A stretch of DNA of 64,000 bases. It comes from Squalus acanthias. Lineage: Eukaryota. The position numbers and the translations under genes were made by a program. Location of the stretch: NCBI GenBank assembly GCA_030390025.1, contig CM059433.1, positions 20,710,001 to 20,774,000 of the forward strand, given 5' to 3'. Position 1 is the first letter of the stretch, and every line of letters starts with the position of its first letter. Under the pieces are notes generated by a model that was not told the origin of the DNA, did no database searches, and saw only the letters and a list, made by a program, of their open reading frames with translations. Below, piece after piece: positions 26,100 to 38,033 of this stretch.

Positions 26100-26495
26100 A
26101 TGCCCATCCCTAGTTGCCCTGAGAAGGCGGTGGTGGACTGTTACCTTCTTGAACTGCTGCAGTCCTTGTGTTGATGGTGCTCCCAGCAATATATGTCCAA
26201 GTCATGATGATGTGTGACTTGGAGCTGATGGTGTCCCCATGATATTGCTTTTCTAGACCTTCTCGGTGGTAGAGGTTGCAGGGCTGGGAAGTGCTGTCTC
26301 ACGAAGTTTGGTGAGTTGCTGCAGTACATCTTGTAAATAGTACATACTGCAGCCACAGTGCACCGGTGCTGGAGGGGATAGGTACTGAGTCCAGTGGCAG
26401 GCACACCAATCAAGGAGACTACTTTGTTCTGGATGGTGTTGAGCTTCTTACGTGCTGTTCCAGCTGTACCCATCAGGCGAGTGACGAGTATTCCA
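26100..26495 (-). mobile_element. CR1-group LINE 3' fragment (second family)
   Basis: KKLNTIQNKVVSLIG...LQHRCTVAAVCTIYKMYC is homologous to 55356-55790. Confidence 0.72.
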
Positions 26496-27435
26496 TCGCA
26501 GTCATCGTTTGCTTATTGTGGCAAGCAGGAACTGAAATGGAAAAAATGGACAATTTGTCATTATAAATGTAATTAATTTAGAATAAAAGTTACTCTTTAA
26601 TAAATGAAATGCAGCCACCGTTAATGTAATGCTGGTGAGCTCAGAATACTTAATTTGTGACAGTATAAGTACAAGGCTACCTCCTGCCTGTCACCATATC
26701 ATCACCATCACATCCTCTTACCCAGTGACTTTATTCATGGAATCAGTGTCCTTTTCTGGCCACTGTATCTAGTCAAAAAAAATGTATTTTCGGAGGCAAC
26801 AATCTGAGCTTGTGCACCACAGAGTGTTGCTTTATGAGCACATTGATTTTGAGAGGGCTTTTTTTTCTCTTTTTGAAAGATTTTTTCTTTGTCAGATTTT
26901 TAAAATAGTCAGAAGAGAAGTTTGATTGCAGATGAGTAGCTAAACAAAGCAAGGAAAGTGAGATCATTGCTAAAGTGTAGAAGGCAGTCAGTCAGTTTGG
27001 TGGTGCCACGGTGAATGGGTGATTCCTTCAAAGGTGCGATGCCATTTGGGGATTGATTACTTTGAATTGTGAGAGTGATGTCCATTCAACAGGTTCCCAT
27101 ATTTATGATTCTGCCATAGGGTATATGTGAGCCAATTTTAGCAATGCAGGGAGGCAATGGGCGGACTTCACTTCCCCCTATCTGAATCAAATGAGTAGAA
27201 AGTGCAGAGAAGGAGTCAGTACATATAATTACTCAGACTGCTATCCCAGTCACGGCTCCAGTATAATTAATTCCAATTCACCGTGGCACTACTCAGGCCC
27301 TCCACCTGTAATTCTGTCTATTTTCAAATTAAAATAGGCAGACTGTTTCCACCATACATGCCAGGGTATCCTATGATACCAATGGAACTTTGAATTGGAA
27401 CACAAGAGTTTAAAATGAGATAGTCTATGCATTAG

Positions 27436-30164
27436 CAAAATACTGCGGATGCTGGAAATCTGAAATAACAACAGAAAACGCTGGAGAAACTCAGCAGGCC
27501 AGGCAGCATCCGTGGAGAGAGAAAGAGAGTTAACGTTTCAGGTCGATGACCTTTCGTCAGAACTGTGAAGAGCCGGAAATCAAATGGATTTAAGGCCAGG
27601 GTAAAGCTGGGAAAAGGGGAAGGGGATAAAAGAACAAAGGGGGAGAGGAAGAGACATTAAGAGACATTAAGAGATATGCAAGGCTAGAGGTGGTGTTAAT
27701 GTGACAGATTAAGGCTGAAAGAAGTGTGAAATCCACTGGCAGAATGAAGGACAGCTGCCAGCTTCTAGGAGGAAAAAAAAGGTGGGGGGGGCAAATAAAA
27801 GGGTGGAAAAAATAAAATATAAATGTGATTGGAGCTGAGGTTATGATCTAAAATTGTTGAACTCGATATTGAGTCCAGAGGGCTGTAGCGTGCCTAAACG
27901 AAAGATGAGGTGCTGTTCCTCGAGCTTACGCTGCGCTTCCGTGGAACAGTGTAATAGGCCGAGGACGGTGAGGTCAGAGTGGGAGTGAAGCGGTGAATTA
28001 AAGTGACAGGCCACCGGGAGCTCGGGGTCCCCCTTACGGACTGAACGGAGGTGTTCCGCAAAGCGGTCACCCAATCTGCGTTTGGTCTCCCCAATGTAGA
28101 GGAGACCACATCGTGAGCAGCGAATACAGTATACTAAATTGCAGGAAGTACAAGTAAATCGCTGTTTCACCTGGAAGGGGTGTTTGGGGCCCTGGACAGT
28201 GGGAAGAGGGGAGGTGTAAGGGCATGTGTTGCATCTCCTGCGCGTGCACGGGAAGGTGCCGGGCGAAGGGGAAGGGGTGCTGGGGGTGGTAGAGGAGTGG
28301 ACTAGGGTGTCGCGGAGGGAGCGGTCCCTGCGGAATGCTGAAAGGGGAGGTGAGGGGAAGATGTGTTTGGTGGTGGGATCACGCTGGAGGTGGCGGAAAT
28401 GGCGGAGGATGATCCGTTGAATGTGGAGGCTGGTGGGGTGAAAGGTGAGGACAAGGGGAACCCTATCGTGGTTCCGGGAGGGAGGGGCAGGGGTGAGGGC
28501 AGAAGTGCGGGAGATAGAACGGACACGGTCGAGGGCCGTGTCGACCACGGTAGAGGGGAATCCTCGGTTGAGGAAAAAGGAAGACATGTCGGAAGCACTG
28601 GTATGGAAGGTGGCATCATCAGAGCAGATGCGGCGGAGACGGAGAAACTGGGAGAATGGAATAGAGTCCTTACAGGAGGCGGGGTGGGAGGAAGTGTAGT
28701 CCAGGTAGCTGTGGGAGTCAGTGGGCTTGTAGTGAATGTTAGTCAATAACCTATCCCCAGAGATGGAGATGGAGAAGTCGAGGAAGGGAAGGGAAGAGTC
28801 GGAGATGGACCATGTGAAGGTGAGGGAAGGGTGGAAATTGGAAGCATAGTGAATGAAATGTTCTAGTTCAGGGCGAGAGCAGGAGACGGCACCGATACAG
28901 TCATCAATGTACCGGAAAAAGAGGTGAGGGAGGGGACCCGAGTAGGACTGGAACAAAGAGTGTTCCACATATCCCACGAAAAGGCAGGCATAGCTAGGAC
29001 CCATGCGGGTACCCATAGCAACACCTTTAATTTGGAGGAAATGGGTAGAGTCAAAGGAGAAGTTGTTCAATGTGAGAACAAGTTCAGCCAGGCGGAGGAG
29101 GGTGGTGGTGGATGGGGACTGGTTGGGCCTCTGTTCAAGGAAGAAGCGGAGCGCCCTCAGGCCATCCTGGTGGGGAATGGAGGTGTAGAGGGATTGTACG
29201 TCCATAGTGAAGAGGAGACGGTTGGGGCCGGGAAACTGGAAACTGTTAAAATGGCGGAGGGCATCGGAAGAGTCGCGGATGTAGGTGGGAAGAGACTGGA
29301 CAAGGGGAGAAAAAATAGAGTCGAGATAGGAAGAGATAAGTTCCGTGGGGCAAGAACAGGCTGAAACGATGGGTCTACTGGGGCAGTCCTGTTTGTGGAT
29401 CTTGGGAAGGAGGTAGAAGCGGGCTGTGCGCGGTTGGGGAACTATGAGGTTGGCGGCCGTGGGGGGAAGATCTCCAGAGGAGATGAGGTCAGTGACGGTC
29501 TTGGACACGGTGGCTTGATGTTCAGTAGTGGGGTCATGGTCCAGGTGGAGGTAGGAGGAGGTGTCAGAGAGTTGGCGTTCAACTTCCGCTAGGTAGAGGT
29601 CGGTTCGCCAAACAACAACAGCGCCACCCTTGTCAGCAGGTTTAATGACAATGTCAGGGTTGGATCGGAGAGAATGGAGTGCTGCAAGTTCAGAGGGAGG
29701 TAGGTTGGAGTGAGTGAGGGGAGCAGAGAAATTGAGCTGGCCGATGTCACGGCGGCAGTTAGCAATGAAAAGATCTAGAGAGGGTAAGAGGCCAGAGGGA
29801 GGGGTCCAGGTGGAACGAGAATTCTGAAAGCGGGAGAAAGGGTCAACCGTGCGGGGGGAAGACTCCTGGCCAGAGAAGTGGGCACGGAGACGGAGGCGGC
29901 GGAAAAAGAGCTCAGCATCGTGCCGAGCTCGAAATTCATTGAGATGGGGGCGTAAGGGGATGAAGGTCAGGCCTTTGCTGAGGACTGATCGTTCGGAGTC
30001 AGAGAGGGAAAGGTCAGAGGGGATAGTGAAAACGCGGCAGGGGGTGAGATTGGGAGAAGGGGGGTCAGAGGAAAGTGAAGGGGAAGAAGGTTCCGGAGGG
30101 GCTTTAGTGTCCAAGAGTTGTTGAAGCTTGCGATCCTTGACATCGGAAAGGAAGAAGAAAAGTT
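27436..30164 (-). mobile_element. Penelope-like retroelement B, 5'-truncated, young
   Basis: 10-bp TSD tatgcattag at 27426-27435 / 30165-30174; uninterrupted RT-EN frame; 3' UTR and pLTR at 27436-27840. Confidence 0.93.
27528..27564 (-). ncRNA. Minimal type-I hammerhead ribozyme motif in Penelope B pLTR
   Basis: Reverse complement reads AGUU-CUGACGA-A-AGGUC-AUC-GACCU-GAAA-CGUU-AACU. It has a perfect helix I (AGUU/AACU), a perfect helix II, a palindromic ACGU helix III and a GUU triplet. Confidence 0.8.
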
Positions 30165-30171
30165 TATGCAT
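27841..30171 (-). CDS. Penelope-type reverse transcriptase plus GIY-YIG endonuclease (776 aa, N-terminally truncated)
   Basis: KPADKGG, FYLLPKIHK, MDVQSLY, GVAMG, FRYIDD, CTRRRCNTC linker, LVYCIRC..LYIGETKR, EH..H. No stops or frameshifts. The ATG lies in the TSD, so it is not the native start. Confidence 0.9.
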   Translation of the reverse strand: MHKLFFFLSDVKDRKLQQLLDTKAPPEPSSPSLSSDPPSPNLTPCRVFTIPSDLSLSDSERSVLSKGLTFIPLRPHLNEFRARHDAELFFRRLRLRAHFSGQESSPRTVDPFSRFQNSRSTWTPPSGLLPSLDLFIANCRRDIGQLNFSAPLTHSNLPPSELAALHSLRSNPDIVIKPADKGGAVVVWRTDLYLAEVERQLSDTSSYLHLDHDPTTEHQATVSKTVTDLISSGDLPPTAANLIVPQPRTARFYLLPKIHKQDCPSRPIVSACSCPTELISSYLDSIFSPLVQSLPTYIRDSSDALRHFNSFQFPGPNRLLFTMDVQSLYTSIPHQDGLRALRFFLEQRPNQSPSTTTLLRLAELVLTLNNFSFDSTHFLQIKGVAMGTRMGPSYACLFVGYVEHSLFQSYSGPLPHLFFRYIDDCIGAVSCSRPELEHFIHYASNFHPSLTFTWSISDSSLPFLDFSISISGDRLLTNIHYKPTDSHSYLDYTSSHPASCKDSIPFSQFLRLRRICSDDATFHTSASDMSSFFLNRGFPSTVVDTALDRVRSISRTSALTPAPPSRNHDRVPLVLTFHPTSLHIQRIILRHFRHLQRDPTTKHIFPSPPLSAFRRDRSLRDTLVHSSTTPSTPSPSPGTFPCTRRRCNTCPYTSPLPTVQGPKHPFQVKQRFTCTSCNLVYCIRCSRCGLLYIGETKRRLGDRFAEHLRSVRKGDPELPVACHFNSPLHSHSDLTVLGLLHCSTEAQRKLEEQHLIFRLGTLQPSGLNIEFNNFRS

Positions 30172-31033
30172 TAGTTGGTTAAGCGACTGAGTAATTCAGC
30201 TATGTATTTCAGGAAAGTCACACATTTGATCCCCAGTCTGTGCTGAGGTAGCTAATCCATCTGGGGTTGGAGTAGGCACAGTGCAATTGGTCTCTGTGCC
30301 CCTGGTTGGGAGGGAGTGGAATTGGTTAGTACAGGAACATATAGAAACATGATCAGAGGAAGCAAAAGAGATCGAGGGTGGAAAAAAGCATAACTGCAAA
30401 GGAAAAATATAACAGTGAAATATTCTTTTGGTACTACAGTAGCATGAGAGCTGTCAGAAAAAAGGTGAGAACATTAAATGATGCAAATGGCTTGAAATTG
30501 AGAATGGGCATGAAATGGTAAATATTCTGAATGCTTATTACCTCATAAGTACTCACAAGGAAAGACACAAAAGCAACACACCCTCCTGAAAGAAGAGTGC
30601 CAAGGTAAACTTCAGGACTTCAATATTAATGAGTTGGTCGTCCTCAACAAGCTAAAAGGGCTTAAAACAAATAATCCCGGGGGGGTTAGAAGGCATATAC
30701 ATCAGAATAATGAGGGAGACTAGTGATGAGATTAGTGATGCATTGATAAACATTGAGGAAGTCAATGGACACTGAGGAAGTACCAGGAGATTGCAAGCAG
30801 GCTAATGTGATGCCTGCATCCAAAGACAAAATATAAACAGGCAACTATAGACCTATCAGTCTTAATTCAATTCCATGTAAAATAATGGAAATTGATTATT
30901 AGGAGTAAACTTAAAGATTACCTGTGAAACAACAACCCAGCTAACAGCAGTCACCACAACTTTAGAAGGGGAAGATCTTGCCTGGGCAACCTTTGATTTC
31001 TTTGAGGAAGTGACATCCCAAGTGGATAGAAGT

Positions 31034-31625
31034 ATAGAATCATAGAAATTTACAGCACAGAAGGAGGCCATTCGGCCCATCTTTTCCGTGACAGCCGACA
31101 AAGAGCTATCCACCCTAATCCCACTTTCCAGCACTTGGTCCGTAGCCTTGTAGGTTACAGCACTTCAAGTGCACATCCAAGTACTTTTTAAATGTGGTGA
31201 GGGTCTCTGCCTCTACCACCCTTTCAGGCAGTGAGTTCCAGACTCCCCACCACCCTCTGGGTGAAAACATTTCTCCTCAAATCCCCTCTAAGCCTCCAAC
31301 CAAGTTACTTTAAATCTATGCCCCCTGATTATTGACCCTTCTGCTAAGGGGAATAGGTCCTTCCTATCCACTTTATCTAGGCCCCTCATAATTTTATACA
31401 CCTCAATTAGGTCTCCCCTCAGCCTCCTCTGTTCCAAAAAAAACAACCCCAGCCTATCCAATCTTCCCTCATAGCTAAAATTCCCCAGTCCAGACAACAT
31501 CCTCGTAAATCTCCTCTGTACCCTCTCTAGTGCAATCACATCCTTCCTGTAATATGGTGACCAGAACTGCACGCAGTATTCTAGCTGTGGCCTAACTAGT
31601 GCTTTATACAGTTCAAAGCATGACC
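31034..31625 (-). mobile_element. CR1 LINE 3' fragment
   Basis: LYKALVRPQLEYCVQFWSPYYRKDVIALERVQRRFTRM; (tagaatca)n tail. Confidence 0.87.
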
Positions 31626-32094
31626 TCCCTATGGTGTACCCTATGGCATTTTGTACTCGGACTTCCAAAAGGCATTTGATCAAGTGAAAGACTATTAATT
31701 CGTTCAAAGCTGAGGGGATTCAGGGTAAAACTTGGGAATGGTTAACGAATTTGGCTGAAAGGTAGAAACAGTCGTGCTGATTAAAGGAGCTATATCGGGG
31801 GGGAGGAAAGTACTGAGTGGACTGTCTCAGGGCTTGGTGTTTGGATCTTTATTGTTTCTAATTTACATCAATGACCGATTCAGAAACAGTGTACAAACTG
31901 GTCAAATTTGCAGATATTACCAAACTAGGAGGGGCAGTGGAATCAAAGGAGTTGGCCCAGAAATTACAGAATGAGATCAAATATGTGAATGGGCCACACA
32001 ATGACACCTGCAAATTAATGCAAACAAATGTAAAGTGGTGCACAAAGGAAGCCAAAATGGGTAACACACATACTCTGTGAATGGTGTTGAAATA

Positions 32095-32183
32095 AAAGTG
32101 AGAAGTCGCACAACACCAGGTTATAGTCCAACAGTTTTATTTGAAATCACAAGCTTTCGGAGCTGCTGCCCCTTCGTCAGGTG
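32095..32183 (-). mobile_element. Stand-alone Penelope-A-family pLTR insertion (about 85 bp) carrying a hammerhead motif (32148-32183)
   Basis: Near-identical to 1449-1537. Reverse complement CAC-CUGACGA-A-GGGGC-AGCA-GCUCC-GAAA-GCUU-GUG. Flanking direct repeat ggtgttgaaata at 32083-32094 / 32180-32191. Confidence 0.82.
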
Positions 32184-32571
32184 TTGAAATAGCTAAGGGT
32201 GCAGTTGAAAGAGACCGAGGAGTCTTAGTGCACTTGATGCTCATTGTTTCAATCAATACAGAGCAACATCAACAAAGTCAGTAGAATGTTGTGCGTCAGG
32301 TGATTAACACTGGATTCATGTGGCCACGGGTGCCTGTGCATTCGAGGATCCTGGGGGCAATGTGATGAACGCCCCCGATCGGGCGCGAATGGCAGAAACT
32401 TGCCATTCCCATCTGAGGGCCTGGCCGGTTTTGTGGGAGGGTATTGCGTCGAATGAATAGACTTTTGAACCATTGTAAAAGACTGCGGGTACTCAAGCAT
32501 AAAGTGGTTACGGGCGCAACTCATGCTTAAAATTCTATGATTTTACAACAACAACAACAACTTGTATTTAT

Positions 32572-33040
32572 GACAACTGCTGTGGCTCAGTGGGTAGCAC
32601 ACTCGCCTCTGAGTCAGAAGGTTGTGGGTTCAACTCCTACTCCAGGGACTTGAGCACATAAAAATCTATGCTGACACTCCAGTGCAGTGCTGAGGGAGTG
32701 CGGCACTGTCGGAGGTGCCGTCTTTCGGATGAGACGTTAACCCGTCTGCTTTCTCAGGTGGGCGTAAAAGATCCCATGGCGCTATTTCAAAGATGAGCAG
32801 GGGAGTTATCCCGGTGTCCTGGCCAGTATTTATCCCTCAACCAATATAACAAAAACAGTTTATCTGGTCATTATCACATTGCTGTTTGTGGGAGCTTGCT
32901 GTGCGCAAATTGGCTGCCGTGTTTCCCACATTACAACAGTGACTACACTCCAAAAGCACTTCATTGGCTGTAAAGCGCTTTGAGACGTCCGATGGTTGTG
33001 AAAGGTGCTATAGAAATGCAAGTCTTTCTTTCTTTTCTTT
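32572..33040 (+). mobile_element. Full-length DeuSINE (SacSINE1-like) inserted in the L2 3' tail
   Basis: tRNA head (tggctcagtggg, ggttcaactcc), Deu-like core (gtgctgagggagtg...taaaagatcccatgg...tatttatccctcaacc), L2-like 3' end and (ttct)n. Confidence 0.85.
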
Positions 33041-34339
33041 TTTATATAGCGCCTTTAATGTGGTAAAACATCCCAAGGTGCTTCACAGGAGTATTATAAG
33101 ACAAACAATTTGACCCCGAGCCACATAAGGGGAAATTAGGGCAGGTGACCAAAAGCTTGGACAAAGAAGTAGGTTTTAAGGAGCGTCTTAAAGGAGGAGA
33201 GAGAGGTAGCGAGGCGGAGAGGTTTAGGCAGGGAATTCCAGAGCTTAGGGCCCAGGCAACAGAAGGCACGGCCACCAATGGTTGAGCGATTATAATCAGG
33301 GATGCTCAAGAGGCCAGAATTAGAGGAGCGCAGATATCTCGGGGGGTTGTGGGGCTGGAGGAGATTACAGAGATAGGGAGGGGGCAAAGCCATGGAGGGA
33401 TTTGAAAACAAGGATGAGAATTTTGAAATTGAGGAGTTGCTTAACCGGGAGCCAATGTAGTTCAGCAAGCGCAGGGGTGATGGGTGAATGGGACTTGGTG
33501 CAAGTTCGGACACGGGCAGCCGAGTTTTGGATGACCTCAAGTTTACAGAGTGTAGAACGTGGGAGGCCAGCCAAGTGTGCGTTGGAACAGTCAAGTCTAG
33601 AGTATCAAAGGCATGGATGAGGGTTTCAGCAGCGGATGAGCTGAGGCAAGAGTGAAGATGGGCGATGTTACGGAGGTGGAAATAGGCGGTCTTAGTTATG
33701 CTGCGGATATGTGGTCGGAAACTCATTTCAGGGTCAAATATGACACCAAGGCTGCGAACAGTGTGGTTCACCCTCAGACAGATGTTGGGGAGAGGGATGG
33801 AGTCAGTCGCTAGGGAACGGAGTTTGTAGCGAGGACTGAAAACAATGGCTTCGGTCTTCCCAATATTTAATTGGAGAAAATTTCTGCTCATCCAGAACTG
33901 GATGTCGGACAAGCAGTCTGACAATTTAGAGACCTTGGAGGGGTCGAGAAAGGTGGTGGTGAGGTAGAGCTGGGTGTCGTCAGCGTACATGTGGAAACTG
34001 ATGCTGAGTTTTCGGATGGTGTTGCCAAGAGGCAGCATGTAGATGAGAAATAGGAGGGTGCCAAGGATAGATCCTTGGGGGACACCAGAGGCAATAATGC
34101 GGGAGCAGGAAGAGAAGCCATTGCAGGTGATTCTCTGGCAACGGTTAGATAGATAAGAATGGAACCAGGCAAGTGCAGTCCCACCCAACTGGATGATGGT
34201 GGAGAGGCGAGGATGGAGTGGTCAACTGTGTCAAAGGCTGCAGACAAGTCAAGAAGGACAAAGAGGGATAGTTTACCTTTGTCACAGTCACAAAGGATGT
34301 CACTATGACAAAGATTGCACGGATTTGGGAGGTGACAAC

Positions 34340-35091
34340 GGCCCAGAAATTCGGGTCCCCACGGGTGAGTACGCGCTGTGTACTCACCCGTAAGGCCAAT
34401 GAAAGTGCCGGTTTCGCGCATGCGCTGGAAACCGGAACTTCTGTTCCCTTGAAGGAAGGGGTTCACAGGTCAAACGCGTGCGCCGGAGAGGCAGCGCGTA
34501 GACCTGGAACTTCTGCTTTTTTTACAGGTTTCTCCGTGCAGGTAAGTCCCTAGCAGCTGCGCACGGAAAAAGCAGGCGCAAGGCCTGCTTTTAACAAGGT
34601 AAGAGGTGAATTAAGTAAAATTGAAACATTTTTTCCACAGGTTTATCATTTTTAAATACTTTAAAGAAAGGTAAGTTTATTTTTAGCCCCGTTAAAAACT
34701 TTAATTAATTTTTTCAAAAATTTAAATTTTTGTTTAAAATAGTTAATTTATGTAATTTATAATTATTTTAAAAATGTGATTTTTTTTTAAATTTATTTGA
34801 AGTTTTACTTAGGTTTTGGGGCTGATCTCTATTCATTGATTTGACAGGTCTTCCTGTCAAATCTATGAATGGAGATTCCCTGCTCCGATTGGCTTCCCAT
34901 GGCCCACGTGATCCCAGGGGACGCTGCGAACTAGTTGCACCTCTGGGATACGCGAGCACTGCACACCGGCAGCTGGAGGAGGCCCAGGATCGGAATCCCA
35001 CGCGGGCCCACAGCACAACGGCAGGCGCGCTATGTAAGTGCAGGTCGGGGGCTTGCGCCCGCGGGAAGCCTCCGACCTGAATTTCTGGGCC
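34340..35091. mobile_element. Harbinger-type MITE inside the L2 RT
   Basis: TIR ggcccagaaattcgggtc vs ggcccagaaattcaggtc (17/18); TSD aac/aat; removing it restores the L2 frame. Confidence 0.85.
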
Positions 35092-35877
35092 AATACGTTC
35101 AAGGACTTTGGAGAGGAAAAGGAGGTTGGAGATGGGGCGGTAGTTAACGCTATTCCATTTCATTCCGCTCAGATGCGGAAACTCCATGACCACATTTTTG
35201 CCTAATTACAGCTTCTATCACATTGCTGACTGAATGACACTGGAGAGAAAACAAAGGGAAATTTCACAGTGGACTGCTAATGCAGAGGCAGTGTACAACA
35301 AGCATTGTAAGCAGTCGTTGTCCAAGATTCATTTGGGGCTGTCTAGAAACAGACTTTACTTTAATTGATATCTCTGACATTATGTGACTGGAGATTAAAA
35401 TACGTCACTTGCTGGTGCATCACAGAGATATCTGCCAGGAGCTGCTTGTTGTCATCATTCACTTACGCTAGGCATTAATTTGGCAACAGGAAGCAGGTCT
35501 GAGCTGAACTATAAATTTTAATTGCATCAGCCAAATAAAAGTGGAACTCTCCATTGTGGCTAGAATTTCATCTCCGTGTCCAAAGTGCTTCATCACTGCA
35601 ACATTTTATAACTTTTTAATGTGCAAGCAAACTGATGTCTAATTACTGTGAGCTGAATAAAAATCCCAGCGCAGCCAAGGAAGTTGTCACACTATTGCCA
35701 GTCTGCTTCAGCATCTTACATGTTGGGTAGAAGAAAATGATGATGGAGTGCTTTGGTGTCACTAAACTTGATTGAAGCATTTAGGAAAAAAATGATGTAT
35801 TTTTTGTTAAGTAAGCATAACTGGACTGTTTTTTTTCTGAATGCAGGTTCTCGGTCTGTAGCTTCGCCTGCTGGAAG

Positions 35878-36222
35878 TAAGGTTGCCAACCCTCCAGGAT
35901 TGGCCGGGAGTCTCCAGGAGTTGGTGATTAATCTCCAGGACACTGCTGCGAGCAACCCTGGAGAATAATCACAGGGCACTAAAATTAATTGTGTTTTTTT
36001 TTGCCATTTTCTTCGAACACTTCTGTTTATTGGAGAGGGAACAAAGATTGTTCGACTGGCAGTCAAGCACCATCCGATTGGGTAATGAAGAATCTTTTCG
36101 CTTTTCACATTTGGCTGGTGCTTCACAAGGATGGCAGTTTTGGGCAACCAATGGTGGTAGTGTGGGGGTAGGTCAAGGTATGAGACCTCCAGGAACACAT
36201 TCAACCACAGTTGGCAACCCTA
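35878..36222. mobile_element. hAT-type MITE
   Basis: TIR taaggttgccaac vs tagggttgccaac (12/13); 8-bp TSD gctggaag/gctggcag (7/8). Confidence 0.8.
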
Positions 36223-38033
36223 GCTGGCAGCCCATGTAAAGAAAGACTTGCATTTGTATAGCACCTTTCACTACCTCAGGACATCCTAAAGCGCTTGACA
36301 GCCAATTAAGTACTTTTGCAGTGTCGTCAGTGGTATAACATCAGTAAATGATGGATTTGCTTCCCACAATCTTCTGTCCATTAAAATTTCAAATTTCAAA
36401 TGCTGGGATCTCACATTCAGTAAATGGATCTTACTGTAAATACAATGGATAAGAAATAGTTTCAACGTATGCTAAATATTCAGAGATGTATAAAAAGTAT
36501 TAACTTACTGATAGAAATATTGCAAATATTTTTTTTTTTAATTCCCAATCCCAGTCACAGCATTAGAAAGAAAGTAACACTTCCAGCATGCTCCTTTCTG
36601 ACTGACAAAATCATCTTACATAAGATAACTTACACGATTATCAAGATTTCCAATTCAGCAAATAAACTAAGAGAGAAAGAATGAGATCTCGTCCCTCAGA
36701 GACAGACCAGTTCCATCATTGCCATTTCTCTAGCAAGCTGACTGTTGCTTGAACAGTCTGCAGTTTGGTTTATTTCAGGTATCTAAGGATAGCTGTCTTC
36801 ATTTATAGTTTTACACTGAGTAATTCACAACTGACCTAAGGGTTTGTTAACACAGGCTAAATGATTTAAATGGACCTGAAACTTGGGAAGTGATTGCATG
36901 ATAGCCAACAGCAGAGAGAATAATCTACTCTTTCCTTGGCTAGATTCCAGTTCTTCCTTTCTGTCAATCAACCATGAACACATGTTTCACTGATGCGCCA
37001 ACCTATAGGTGTTTCGGTTCAGTATCTTTACAGGTACTGAATCAGGCCTTAGGATAATAAAACTATAATTGGCCAAAAATGAGCAATAAGCTGGTGGTGA
37101 GATGGCTAATCACTAGATCCACAGAAAGGTCTCTGTTTTTCATTCTTCACAAATCGTAAGAAAATATTACCCCCTAAGTACACTTTCTTCTCGAGGACGA
37201 ACACTTGTGATAAGCGATAAGGCTGTCCTTTCAACAAAAAGACACAGCATATCTGTTACACACCTCCAACAGTCACATTTTCAATACACTAATGTTTTAA
37301 AGGATTTGGAAATAATACACGGCAAAATAGCTCGCAGATAATACTTGGCAATGTCACTCCAAGACCGGAATTTTCCCAGTCCCGAGCGTGCGGGTTTGGG
37401 GGCGGGTCAGCAGTAAAAATCGGCAAAATTGCCAGCGCGTCGGGAACCTGCCGTCATCCCGCCAACTAACCTGAGTGCGTTTCCCAGTGCGCCAAACTCG
37501 GGAGAGGCGGGCAACCTCATTCAAGTACTTAAATGCGTGTTGAGAGAACCTTAAGAGGGTTTTTAATTCCAGCTTATGGCTTTAACTTCTTGAGCACGGG
37601 ATTCACGCACCTCAGGAACCTCGCCTGTGAAGGGGAGGCGGAGGCTCAGTGGCCATTGTGCGAGTCCATTAATTGACAGCTGGGAAAAACACATAAATAT
37701 TCCCACATTACACCTCTTGCTGACTCCATTTTGTGCAGAGATTTAGCTGTCAGCAGTTTGCAGGTCATTTCTGCAACCTCGAACCCACTCTCACCACATT
37801 GCTAGCCACTATCACAACATTGAGGGATTGGGACTCTGATCTCCACTTGACCTGCCATCTATTAGATCAGCATGGGTGCTGCTTATACTGTCTCACCTTG
37901 GACCTCGGAATCGGACCAAGATGAGCCCCACCAACAACACCAGCCACACCAGCAGCAGCAGCCACAACACCAGCAACCTTCTCCTCAATGACCTGATGCT
38001 GCACAGGAGAGAGGGGGGCACCACAGGGCTGCA

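Larger units (their letters stand above)
30380..32300 (+). mobile_element. Old CR1 ORF2 (RT) fragment, split by a younger antisense CR1 and a Penelope pLTR insertion
   Basis: GNYRPISL (ggcaactatagacctatcagtctt), GSLLFLIYIND, VKFAD.TKLGG, YSVNGVEI|AKGAVERD.GVLVH. Confidence 0.72.
32546..35150 (-). mobile_element. L2 LINE (RT to 3' tail) interrupted by a DeuSINE and a MITE
   Basis: NYRPISNL..LSKVLER|VVTSQIR, LDLSAAFDTVDH, GVPQGSILG, HMYADDTQL, TIGGRAFCCLGPKLWNSLP; (caa)n tail at 32546-32560. Confidence 0.88.

Noticed and set aside
28226..30124. Multiple plus-strand ORFs overlapping Penelope B (and similar shadow ORFs over MITEs and LINEs)
   Set aside because: Antisense shadow frames of GC-rich coding or repeat sequence with no recognisable domains.
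27841..30171. Group II intron, retron or telomerase-type RT
   Set aside because: The C-terminal GIY-YIG domain, DKG motif, pLTR and TSD identify a Penelope-like element.
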